Positions 9,772-19,229 of a DNA stretch of 58,117 nt are shown one piece after another; position 1 is the stretch's first letter, and every line of letters starts with the position of its first letter. A program made the position numbers and the translations under genes. The notes under the pieces are model-generated. The model made no database searches and was not told where the DNA came from. It saw only the letters and a program-made list of their open reading frames with translations. This stretch comes from a virus (lineage: Duplodnaviria; Caudoviricetes): IMG/VR virus record IMGVR_UViG_3300032271_000996, positions 1 to 58,117 of that record; one strand, 5' to 3'.

Positions 9772-11937
9772 TCAAGCTCGGCCAATCACTTCTTCAAAGC
9801 TAACTCCAGTGCGAGTAGCAACAAAGGTAAGAGTGACGTAATTGATTGATTTGACTGGTTTCAGGTAAATATCAGCTCTGAACTCATTGTTATCAATTAC
9901 TGCATCAGTATTATTGGAAGCATCACAAATAACTCTATAATCATAAATACCACCTTTAGACTGAATATCTCTCAAATAGGGTTCAACAATATTGATGAAG
10001 TTTGAGCGAGTTTGTTCAGTGTTGTTTTCAAATAGAGTTGCATTTGCAGTTGAACCTAGAGCTTGTTCAACAGTAAGAAATAGTCTACGAACGTTAATTC
10101 TATCAAAAGCGGAGGCATATCCTAGGGCAGTCTTATCACCCCATAGAGTAGGTCCAAAACCAGGGACATTAACAATGGCATTAACGCGGGCTGAATATAG
10201 TCTATCGCGTTGATCCTTGTCTGGACTGTAGGCTAGATTAATTGCACCATTAAGAACTCCACGTTGTTGACCTGCTGGAGAGTTCCAAGGATATGCAATA
10301 ATGCTAGTACGAATCATCAGACCAGCAATATCTGGATTACAAGAAATGTAGCGATAGCGATTATTGAAACGGTCAAAGACATACTTATAACCAGAATCAA
10401 ATACCGCAAAGGAGCTACTGGAAAGTGAGGTGAAGAACTCAATTACATTATTGGTCTGAGTTTCAGTGTCAGTTAAACCGACAACATCTGTTCTATGAGG
10501 CGAAATGGTTGCAATACAATCCTTTCTCTGATTAGCAAGTGAAATGAGTTGATTTGCCTTGGCTTGTGAGTCAATCTTATTGACATAACCAGGACCCATA
10601 ATGAGATAATCTAGAGGGTACTTTTCCTTATTGGAGAATAGTTGATAACCAGAAATAATTTCAGCTAGTGTGGGTTGCATACCACCATTAGCCCCATAAT
10701 CTTTACCACCTAAAAGTGAAAATACTGAATTACCAATGGCACTAAAGGTTTTACTTTGAGTGGGAAGATTCCATAGACCTTCAGCAACAGTTAGTTTGGT
10801 GAAACCAGAACTAAATCCGGTTGAATAAACAGTTTCGTTGTTGCTATTATCAGAAGGGTTATCGCCAACATAGATGTAATTTGAATTGCTGGCAATGTAT
10901 TCTTTCCAGAAAATACTTTGAGGTGCATTTACAGTTGAGCGAGCATCATTTGCCTTAGATAAATTTAAATGCTTCTCCAGTAAATTGCCCTGAATACCAG
11001 TAATGCTGCCAGTATCATCAACAACTACAACGTGAATGGCATCATTCTTGCTATTTCTTTCTGAGGAATATTGATTAGTGAAAGGCTTGGCTGCAATGGA
11101 CTTCCAATAAATTGTACTATTGGTAAGAGGAATAACTTGTTCGTTGTACCAATCTTTAACAACAGATGCAGTAGTTGTGGCAACACTGACTCCACTATTG
11201 TTGATAATTGATACCGAGTTTGAGGATAGAAAAGACCTTAGCTGAGCACGTTCGGCATAGGTTACTTTAGTTTCAACGTTGGATGAATCTACAACTGAAA
11301 CAATCTTTACATCAACTGTGCTATTGCCAACACCAGTTACAATGGATTTAAGATAACCATTAAAAAGAGTGGTAGTACCAATACCGGCTGAGGGTTGATT
11401 TACTAGAGGAGTTGTGATACCATAACCGGCAACAACTTGAGTTGCAGCAACTCCTACTGTAAGAATTTGATCGGCCTTATCATCAATAATGGCAACCTTT
11501 AGATTGTTTGCCCATTCACCTGGAGTTTTGGCTGCAAAAATATAACTTTTTACGTCATCAGTGAAGTTGAGGCTATAGTCTTGAAAATTTTTAATCCTTA
11601 AATCAGCCTGACCAACAGTAGAAACACCTAGATTATCGTGCTTAGAATTAGCATTTACTAGATTACTACCATTACTCCGAACTACCTTTAGAGTTCCACC
11701 ATAAGAGAGAAATTCTGATGCGGATAGCCAATACTCATATTGAGCATCAGTATTTTGGGGTTTACCAAATACTGTGATTAGTTCCTGTTCATTTCTAATA
11801 TTTACAGCCTGTTCTACTGGTCCAATACTAAAAGGACCGACAATCGCGCCGATATTATCAACAATGTTATCTACACGTCCAACTGTTTGATCAACCTCTC
11901 TAATGATATAACCAGGAGATAGTTGCGGGGTCGCCAT
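9772..11937 (-). CDS. g18: Tail sheath protein gp18
   Basis: SPGYIIREVD, WNSPAGQQRG, FDRINVRRLF, ATRTGVSFEEV. Confidence 0.97.
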   Translation of the reverse strand: MATPQLSPGYIIREVDQTVGRVDNIVDNIGAIVGPFSIGPVEQAVNIRNEQELITVFGKPQNTDAQYEYWLSASEFLSYGGTLKVVRSNGSNLVNANSKHDNLGVSTVGQADLRIKNFQDYSLNFTDDVKSYIFAAKTPGEWANNLKVAIIDDKADQILTVGVAATQVVAGYGITTPLVNQPSAGIGTTTLFNGYLKSIVTGVGNSTVDVKIVSVVDSSNVETKVTYAERAQLRSFLSSNSVSIINNSGVSVATTTASVVKDWYNEQVIPLTNSTIYWKSIAAKPFTNQYSSERNSKNDAIHVVVVDDTGSITGIQGNLLEKHLNLSKANDARSTVNAPQSIFWKEYIASNSNYIYVGDNPSDNSNNETVYSTGFSSGFTKLTVAEGLWNLPTQSKTFSAIGNSVFSLLGGKDYGANGGMQPTLAEIISGYQLFSNKEKYPLDYLIMGPGYVNKIDSQAKANQLISLANQRKDCIATISPHRTDVVGLTDTETQTNNVIEFFTSLSSSSFAVFDSGYKYVFDRFNNRYRYISCNPDIAGLMIRTSIIAYPWNSPAGQQRGVLNGAINLAYSPDKDQRDRLYSARVNAIVNVPGFGPTLWGDKTALGYASAFDRINVRRLFLTVEQALGSTANATLFENNTEQTRSNFINIVEPYLRDIQSKGGIYDYRVICDASNNTDAVIDNNEFRADIYLKPVKSINYVTLTFVATRTGVSFEEVIGRA

Positions 11938-11966
11938 ATTTTATGCCATTCATTAAGTCTTATTAG

Positions 11967-11974
11967 TATTTATA
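11967..11974 (-). promoter_or_regulatory. T4-type late promoter TATAAATA upstream of g18
   Basis: Exact consensus in the g17-g18 intergenic gap. Confidence 0.75.
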
Positions 11975-11995
11975 ATAACGGGCATTTAGGTATTT

Positions 11996-13678
11996 TTAAT
12001 AATTATATTCCCAGAAATAAGATGCCGCATCATCATTATCGGTTGAAAACCACACGTTACCATCTTGGTCTGTTGTTCCATCTTTTGCAAGAGAAAGGTA
12101 TCTTTCTGTGATTTCTGGAATAGAAACTGATAATGGAGCAAATCCAAAGGGTAAACCTTCATTTTCTTCCATTTCCTTTTCGTGTTCTTCTCGTATATAC
12201 TTACGAATGTCAGTCTCTGTCATTTCTTTAAAATAATCTTGAGTGACAATCCAGGCGAAAAGGACTAAACACATTACAAGGTCATCATTTTTACCTTCTT
12301 CTGCACTAAAGCTATTATATCTTGATACAAAAGTGGTAAGTTCACCATAAATATCAGAATCTCTAATTAATAGCTTATCCTCTTCAATGAATTGTTTAAG
12401 GCTCATACAGCCTTTACTTTTAACTGGCTTTGACATTTTAATGCCATACTTGACACCTTTACCCGAAAAATTCTGACCGGCAACTTGGCCACCTCTACCC
12501 AAAGTTTTAGTTTGAATTACATTTGGATACCCATATTCATTGTGTAAAATGTCGGCAACGTGTGCATCGTTATTAATTTCACATAATACATAAGCATTGT
12601 TATATGCCCTGGCAACTGGTTCAATAATATCTGGAAATCTTAGAGATGGAATATTATTATTTCTGTATTTTGCAACAACTCTATATGGTATTTGAGATGC
12701 ATCAAAAATAATAAAGGCTGAATAATCTAATTCAATTCCTTCTGCAATATCTACAGTTATTACATATATTTTATCTGGTTGGGGTTCTTCATATACATCT
12801 AGAAGTTCTTGATTGCGTATTGGATGGTCTAAAACCATATTGGATAGTTTTGCGCCACTGATGAGTGTATCAGATGAACCTAAAAATGCGCACTCGTATT
12901 CCGCATCCCAACGAGATTGTCCAATATTTGCAATAGTTTCATCTTTAAATGCGACATCATATTTGTCTTGCCAATAAACTCTCATTGGGATGTAATTATT
13001 CACTCCCTTTATTGCGTCATCCCACATTCTATAATAATGATTCATACCCGCTGGAGTTGAAACTATTATAACCTTTGATTCTTTACCAGAAGTAATAGTT
13101 GGATAAACCGAACTCATAAATTCATCGGCAACTTGGTGCGGCACGAAAGCAAATTCATCAAGAAAGATAATATTATAAGAACCACCTCGCACGGATGATG
13201 CGGAAGTTGATGCCGAAAAGATTTTAGAGCCGTTTTCTATTTCTAATGATGCTTTATTCCAAGAAATAACGCCTTGTTGGAGCCATTTTGGAAGATTTTC
13301 ATAACCTTTTTGTAATCTACTAAGAAGCTCCTTTGCGGTGCTTGCTTTATTTGCCAGGACTGCAATGTTTACGTTATCATTAAAAATGGCATAGTGAAGT
13401 AGAAAAGATACTACCGCAGTAGATTTTCCAACTTGGCGAGGGCATAACACTATATTGAATCTATTAGCTTGAAATGAAGTTAGCATCCTTTCTTGAAAGG
13501 GATACATATTAAAATTTTGCAACCCGTGGTCAAGGGTTACAATTTTCATATATTTTTTGGCAAAATAAATCGGATCTAGAGAACACCTGATCAATTCTTC
13601 TAACTGTTCTGCATTCAAATCAACTCGGGTATTCGCTTTCTTTAAAAGCGGATTACCAAGATAATGTTCTTCCGGCAT
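11996..13678 (-). CDS. g17: Terminase large subunit gp17
   Basis: YLGNPLLKKAN, Walker A PRQVGKST, Walker B IFLDEFAF, nuclease DIAEG and DDLVM. Confidence 0.97.
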   Translation of the reverse strand: MPEEHYLGNPLLKKANTRVDLNAEQLEELIRCSLDPIYFAKKYMKIVTLDHGLQNFNMYPFQERMLTSFQANRFNIVLCPRQVGKSTAVVSFLLHYAIFNDNVNIAVLANKASTAKELLSRLQKGYENLPKWLQQGVISWNKASLEIENGSKIFSASTSASSVRGGSYNIIFLDEFAFVPHQVADEFMSSVYPTITSGKESKVIIVSTPAGMNHYYRMWDDAIKGVNNYIPMRVYWQDKYDVAFKDETIANIGQSRWDAEYECAFLGSSDTLISGAKLSNMVLDHPIRNQELLDVYEEPQPDKIYVITVDIAEGIELDYSAFIIFDASQIPYRVVAKYRNNNIPSLRFPDIIEPVARAYNNAYVLCEINNDAHVADILHNEYGYPNVIQTKTLGRGGQVAGQNFSGKGVKYGIKMSKPVKSKGCMSLKQFIEEDKLLIRDSDIYGELTTFVSRYNSFSAEEGKNDDLVMCLVLFAWIVTQDYFKEMTETDIRKYIREEHEKEMEENEGLPFGFAPLSVSIPEITERYLSLAKDGTTDQDGNVWFSTDNDDAASYFWEYNY

Positions 13679-13706
13679 AATGAATTATATTATTGTACGC
13701 TATTTA

Positions 13707-15305
13707 TCAACACTTCCAACTTTTTCTTGCGGCTAATCCACGCTCACCGTGCCAACCTCTAGAACGAGCGCAAAAACTCTTGCGTCGGTTTGCCGCTTCA
13801 CTACCAGGTTTAACTTTTCTAGTTACTCGTGCCTGAAGATGTGAACCTGTTGCACTATTTAATATTCTTCTTCCCTCTGGCGTTAAACCTGCTCCTTTTT
13901 TTACTGGATACTTTTCACCTCTACCCACAGAAAGACTTGGGCCTTCTTCACTTAAACCACTACGTCTTCGATCTAATCTTTTATTGTCATTTCTTATTGC
14001 AACTACGGTTCGGTTATCCTCTCCATTCTCCCAGGGGCAAGGCTTATCTTTTGTTTCTTGTTGTTTGGGGGTTGGTTCTTGATTATTTGATGCTTTTTTA
14101 TTTCTCCAAATCTCTTTTCTAACCTCTCTATTCTTTCTACCATTAGCTACCCTTTTATCGGCTTGAGCTTTTTTTCTTTTTTCCAAATAATCAAAAAGAC
14201 CTTCTTCAACAGATTCAACTTCTTCCCCAATGGTTTTATTATTAAGTAGATAATTTTTTGAATGACTATTTGGCACTTGAATTAATGGTTGGCCAACATT
14301 TTGACTACTTAATTTATAATTTAATACCTTTGCCTCTGGATAAACTTTAACAATGGCATCTGTAACTTCTCTACGGTTAGGAACTCTAACTTGAGGAAAG
14401 AAGAGTTGTGAAGACATCATCTTTCCTCTCCAGGAAAAAAGAATCTGCATCACTTGTCCATTTTGGACTGGTATAACTGCTTCTTTAACACAATTTGGAA
14501 CAGTTTTACCCCTCTTCTTTTTTGTTCCAATCATCTCATAACCCTTCCAACAGGGATCGTCTTTCATCTTTCTAACTTCGGAAAGAGTATAAGGCTTAAC
14601 TAGGCCAATAAATTCAAACTTGGGATTACCTAAAAGGTCTGTAACTATGGTAGATTCTGTTTGAACAGTCTCTACCTTTTTTAGTTTGCTATAATAATCT
14701 GGCTTTTCTGCAAGATGTTGAAGAGCAATTCCTTCGGCTTCTTCTTTATTTGTAGTATGTTCTCCTTCTATTTTAATTCCCATCTTCAGTTGCTTTTGAA
14801 TAGTTGCAACTGAAACACCGTGCTTTTCTGCAATTTTCTGAACACTTCTTACTGGCTTTGTTCCCTTCACTGACCCTTGTTCTTTTTCGTTTGGATTGCT
14901 TTCATCACAGGAACATTCTTCTTCTGTGAGTGATTTCAATACCCTATCAACAACAGATTCACCAAAATTTGGTAGAAGTGGAGTATTTTTTGTTACTTTT
15001 TTGATATTTGGAACTGTAGGGAGTTTACTTGTTGGAATATTTCTAGCTGCCTTTGCTCCAGGTTTAGGTTTAGCTTTTTTATGTTCTTCTGGGTCAATTT
15101 TAAAAGATGCCTCGTCTATCTTTTCACCAGTATTCAAATATTGTGCAGCATCGGTTGTATAATCGGCAGCTCGGGTAATTTTAGATTGAATCCAGGCTGG
15201 GAGCTGTTGGTCTTTACTCTTGATTTTGGATTTCAATAGTTTAATATTCTTTTCAATAGTATCTAATTCAACATTAGACATATACCCTTCAGTATCTTTC
15301 TTCAT
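13707..15305 (-). CDS. Modular basic/acidic protein between gp16 and gp17 (putative internal head polyprotein)
   Basis: 532 aa of short modules (GIKIEGEHT..ALQHLAEKPDYYSKL; DPCWKGYEMIG..VPNCVKE; RRKSFCARS) separated by (I/L/V)xE acidic linkers. Confidence 0.6.
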   Translation of the reverse strand: MKKDTEGYMSNVELDTIEKNIKLLKSKIKSKDQQLPAWIQSKITRAADYTTDAAQYLNTGEKIDEASFKIDPEEHKKAKPKPGAKAARNIPTSKLPTVPNIKKVTKNTPLLPNFGESVVDRVLKSLTEEECSCDESNPNEKEQGSVKGTKPVRSVQKIAEKHGVSVATIQKQLKMGIKIEGEHTTNKEEAEGIALQHLAEKPDYYSKLKKVETVQTESTIVTDLLGNPKFEFIGLVKPYTLSEVRKMKDDPCWKGYEMIGTKKKRGKTVPNCVKEAVIPVQNGQVMQILFSWRGKMMSSQLFFPQVRVPNRREVTDAIVKVYPEAKVLNYKLSSQNVGQPLIQVPNSHSKNYLLNNKTIGEEVESVEEGLFDYLEKRKKAQADKRVANGRKNREVRKEIWRNKKASNNQEPTPKQQETKDKPCPWENGEDNRTVVAIRNDNKRLDRRRSGLSEEGPSLSVGRGEKYPVKKGAGLTPEGRRILNSATGSHLQARVTRKVKPGSEAANRRKSFCARSRGWHGERGLAARKSWKC

Positions 15306-15336
15306 TTAATTTGAATAATAGAGAGCTTTTTGCTAT

Positions 15337-15765
15337 TTATGATTCCTCACTCATTTGCTTCTTTATTAATTTTAATGCTTCAGCCGTTGTTCCAGTAAAT
15401 ACAACATTATTAGTTGTAACACTTGAAGGGCCTTTTGGTCTTTTATCGTCAATATCCTTCATCTTTTGTTGAAGATTAATTAATTTATCGGCTGCATCCG
15501 AGACGCTCTTGATAAGATGACCAACAACTTCATATCCCCTGGCCGTATCAAGCTCTTGAGCGAGACTGAGAGCATTTTCAATAGCTTCTTGGCCCTTTTC
15601 TATAATTGTATAATAATTATCTCTCGAATACTTATAATCAGTCTCAATATCATTTGATGCCTCCTTGACTACGGGTTCAGATTTAACAATTTCAGCCTCA
15701 ACATCAACAGGATTAGCAATGTTGAAAGTGTCATTCAATTTTGTAAACTTTTGTGATCTTGCCAT
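15337..15765 (-). CDS. g16: Terminase small subunit gp16
   Basis: DYKYSRDNYYTIIEKGQEAI, RGYEVVGHLIK, NNVVFTGTT; start moved to MARSQ at 15765. Confidence 0.9.
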   Translation of the reverse strand: MARSQKFTKLNDTFNIANPVDVEAEIVKSEPVVKEASNDIETDYKYSRDNYYTIIEKGQEAIENALSLAQELDTARGYEVVGHLIKSVSDAADKLINLQQKMKDIDDKRPKGPSSVTTNNVVFTGTTAEALKLIKKQMSEES

Positions 15766-15766
15766 T

Positions 15767-16771
15767 TTATTTAATATTAGATGAAAAGCCAAAACTATCG
15801 TCATAAGGAATTAAAGAATTATCGGCTATAGTAATTCTTTTTACGTCTGAACCACTTGGATGAACTTTTATTTCAGTTCCATCTTGACCACGTTTAACCT
15901 TTAATTTATTATTATCTTTGCTTTCAACTATTACTTCTTCGCCACCAATATCAAGATAAGAATTGACCGCGATGTTACTAGCATTTAGAACCTCAATCAG
16001 TATATCATTGGATGAAATTTCTTTCGTTAAAGTGGTTTCAACAATTCCTGTATAATTTTGAATAGCTCTAGGGGTACTTTCTAAAACTGCATCTCTTATT
16101 GGTGATGCTGTCAATTCTCCGGCAACCAAACCAATAGAAACTTTTTTGATTATTTGTGAATCTAAAGAGTTAGAAGAAACCGGACCAAAAATATAAGTTT
16201 TTACTGTAAACTTCAAAGTATAAATGAGGGCACGTCTTTCTCTAAAATCTCCTTCATAAGTATCTGAAGTTGAGATATTATCTAAGACTATATCTAAATC
16301 TCTTTTCTCCGCTATTGAATCTAGCAAGGTTGCGCTTATTTTTAAGTTTGGTTGAAAATATGGTATAATCTGCTCAATAATTTGGAGCATATCATCATTA
16401 TGTTTTGTTAATATGCTCAGCTCAAAATTAATATTATAAGGAGCTGGCATAAAAGTCATTCTTAGTGCATTATTATTAATATCTTTAGCACAAAATGAAG
16501 TAGTTGTAGTAACTTTTCTAGATGAATCGTAACTTAGACCAACCAATTCATAAGACATTCTGGGTAATGTAATCTGAACTGGCTTATTGAGGTCGGGGAC
16601 TTCTCTCAATCGGGCTAAAAACTTTTGAGTTGGACCATATGCGATTGGAACCTTTCCTTTAAAAAAGACTTCACCTTCATCGTTTCTCTGTTGAATTTGA
16701 ATATTATTAAAAAGGCTGCCAAAAACAATAACAACTTTACGAATTGATTCGTTATAAAAATATTCAAACAT
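15767..16771 (-). CDS. g15: Tail sheath stabilisation/completion protein gp15
   Basis: FGSLFNNI, VPIAYGPTQKFLARL, TLPRMSYE, QIIEQIIPYFQP. Confidence 0.93.
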   Translation of the reverse strand: MFEYFYNESIRKVVIVFGSLFNNIQIQQRNDEGEVFFKGKVPIAYGPTQKFLARLREVPDLNKPVQITLPRMSYELVGLSYDSSRKVTTTTSFCAKDINNNALRMTFMPAPYNINFELSILTKHNDDMLQIIEQIIPYFQPNLKISATLLDSIAEKRDLDIVLDNISTSDTYEGDFRERRALIYTLKFTVKTYIFGPVSSNSLDSQIIKKVSIGLVAGELTASPIRDAVLESTPRAIQNYTGIVETTLTKEISSNDILIEVLNASNIAVNSYLDIGGEEVIVESKDNNKLKVKRGQDGTEIKVHPSGSDVKRITIADNSLIPYDDSFGFSSNIK

Positions 16772-18150
16772 TAGAAATCACCAAATGGGTTTTTAATTGT
16801 AAAATCTACTATACTATTAGATTCCTCTTGAATATCTATGTTATCTGCATATTTATCTAAAATATTGTCACCATAACTGGGAATCTCAATCTTATAGGTA
16901 GCACCACTTTCTTGGCCAATTATCGTTTCACCTTGTTTGAATATTCCAGTTGGATTGGAAAGTTGTAGAATACTTGTAGGAGAATCCCAGCTCTTAACTC
17001 TTGCGGTTATACTGGATGCACTACTAGTAACTATTTCATTATATTTGTAAGTTCCATATCCAACAAATACTGGACTGGAAATAACAATTGTGGGTGGAGT
17101 GGTATAACCTAATCCTGAATTAATTAACTGAATTGAGGTAATAGAACCATTTTCAACTATTGCCTTTGCTTGTGCTGGCTGCGAAGAAATTCCAACAAAA
17201 GAAACCGTAACTATTCCAACATAGCCACTACCGCCATCTGAAACTGTAACCGAATTGAGAACACCATTTCCTATTGTTGCTATAGCCTCAGCTTCTGAAC
17301 CTCCCCCGCCATTGAATATTACAGAAGGTGCGACAGTATAACCAAAGCCAGAATTTGTTATATTGACTGCCTGGACTCTTAATTTATCGGGGTCTGGTCC
17401 GCATAAATCTACAATACCACCAATCATTTCTGCAATTCCAGTTGCAGTTTGACCATTAGAAGGAGCAGTTCCAAAAATTACATTTGGAGCTGCCGTGAAC
17501 CCATAGCCTCTGTTTATCATTGTTACAAATCTTACGCCACCATTTACAACATTTGCAGTTGCTATGGCACTAGAACCTGCACCAACCATTATGTAAGTTT
17601 GAATAAAACCTTCGGTTGAAACTTTATCATCAATAATATCAACGTTAGTGTTAATAACCTCATTTTGATAGCGAAACAATTCACAATTTAGACTGTAAGT
17701 GTATGTTTTTCCTAACTGATAAAAAGGTTTTTCGTGCTCAACAAATTTTATCTCAAAAATTCTATCCCCCAAGGGGAAATAAATTAAATCTCCTTCTTTA
17801 GGGCGAGTTGACAATTCTACATTTGGGAGTCTTTGTATTAGGGGTGCAATATAGGTTTCAAATCTTTCTTTGGATATTGTAATAGTTAAATCATTCATCG
17901 GCTGAATACCGAATTTTGTCATCAATGTCCCAGCGCCTTCATAACCATCATATGTTTCAACATATGCTTCTATAGGATAAGCATTATTAAATTCTGACTC
18001 AATAACTTCACGAATTACCTTTTTCTTGGTAAGATAAAATCTCGGTAGATAGAAAACATCTACACCATAGATTTTAATAGACTCATTGATTATATCCTGG
18101 AGAAGTCCTTGTTCTACTTTGGAATCGTTATGAAAGAATGGATTGAGCAT
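16771..18150 (-). CDS. g14: Neck protein gp14
   Basis: ESIKIYGVDVFYLPR, RPKEGDLIYFP, FVEHEKPFYQLGK, NPFG C-terminus. Confidence 0.93.
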   Translation of the reverse strand: MLNPFFHNDSKVEQGLLQDIINESIKIYGVDVFYLPRFYLTKKKVIREVIESEFNNAYPIEAYVETYDGYEGAGTLMTKFGIQPMNDLTITISKERFETYIAPLIQRLPNVELSTRPKEGDLIYFPLGDRIFEIKFVEHEKPFYQLGKTYTYSLNCELFRYQNEVINTNVDIIDDKVSTEGFIQTYIMVGAGSSAIATANVVNGGVRFVTMINRGYGFTAAPNVIFGTAPSNGQTATGIAEMIGGIVDLCGPDPDKLRVQAVNITNSGFGYTVAPSVIFNGGGGSEAEAIATIGNGVLNSVTVSDGGSGYVGIVTVSFVGISSQPAQAKAIVENGSITSIQLINSGLGYTTPPTIVISSPVFVGYGTYKYNEIVTSSASSITARVKSWDSPTSILQLSNPTGIFKQGETIIGQESGATYKIEIPSYGDNILDKYADNIDIQEESNSIVDFTIKNPFGDF

Positions 18151-18152
18151 AA

Positions 18153-18959
18153 TTATCCAATTAAATCAAAGACAGGCATTTCATAATCATAAGTCATTCT
18201 TTCCATTATAATATCAATTTCTTTTTGGGCATCATCATAAATCTGTCTACCATTAAATTCAACACCACCTGGAAGTTTCATACCTTGATATTTTATTAAA
18301 TTCTGACCCCACTGACGTTTAATAATAGCGGTAGCGTACCGCTTTATGAATGAATCGTTCCATACTTTATCAGATTCTGATGGGTCCATCGCCCTGTAAC
18401 AATCAATAACAATAAAATTACCAGCTTGAATATCTGTCCAATTTACATCAAGATATAGTTTGTCGCCTCTTTTATTGAACCGAACAATTTTTTCTGGAGT
18501 TAAAATCCAGTCAATATCGGAAAGATACCTTTGTACCATTGTATAAGAAAGAAGTTCCATTGAACCCCAATAATATAAATCATTCAAAAATAGTTGATAT
18601 TTGATATTAAAAAGGCCACTAGAAAGTGTACTCCCCATAGAGAAATTGAATATCTTATTGACACCAATAATATGTGGAGGGATCTTAATATAATTTGCAG
18701 TTTCTGAAAAATTGTAACCGTCAATTGAAGTTGTTGCGGCTCCAACAGGACCTTTAGCTCTATCAATATCTTCTTGTCTTATTTGGTACTTAAGATACGT
18801 TTGAATAACACCATCAAAATGGCGCTCTTGGAATAGCTGTAGAGCATCATCAATCAAATCATCAAGTTGTTCATCGGCAATAGCGATATTGATTACAGGA
18901 GCCCCCAATTTGCGGAGGCAATAATCAATTAATTCTTGACGAGAAGCTGGTTTAGCCAT
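18153..18959 (-). CDS. g13: Neck protein gp13
   Basis: LIDYCLRKLGAPVINI, KRQWGQNLIKY, LPGGVEFNG. Confidence 0.95.
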   Translation of the reverse strand: MAKPASRQELIDYCLRKLGAPVINIAIADEQLDDLIDDALQLFQERHFDGVIQTYLKYQIRQEDIDRAKGPVGAATTSIDGYNFSETANYIKIPPHIIGVNKIFNFSMGSTLSSGLFNIKYQLFLNDLYYWGSMELLSYTMVQRYLSDIDWILTPEKIVRFNKRGDKLYLDVNWTDIQAGNFIVIDCYRAMDPSESDKVWNDSFIKRYATAIIKRQWGQNLIKYQGMKLPGGVEFNGRQIYDDAQKEIDIIMERMTYDYEMPVFDLIG

Positions 18960-18998
18960 TATTTATTTTAAAATTGACTCTACTACTATGTATTAAAG

Positions 18999-19229
18999 TT
19001 ATTGAAATTTACTTAAGATTGTTTGCAGGATGTTTTTTATCTCTGTAATATCGTCTTTAAGATATTCAATCTCACCCTCAATTTTTTCAACTTTGGTCTT
19101 TTCAACCTTTTTAACTTGTGATGCTATGATATATTTTTCATATTCACTTTTATTATTATTCAATATGGCATTGGTTTTTATATCCCTAATTAAGTCGGGA
19201 TGACCTTCTATTTTAGTATGTTTCATCAA
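18999..19229 (-). CDS. Conserved cyanophage hypothetical protein upstream of gp13
   Basis: KIEGHPDLIRDIKTNAILN plus coiled-coil C-terminus. Confidence 0.7.
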   Translation of the reverse strand: MMKHTKIEGHPDLIRDIKTNAILNNNKSEYEKYIIASQVKKVEKTKVEKIEGEIEYLKDDITEIKNILQTILSKFQ

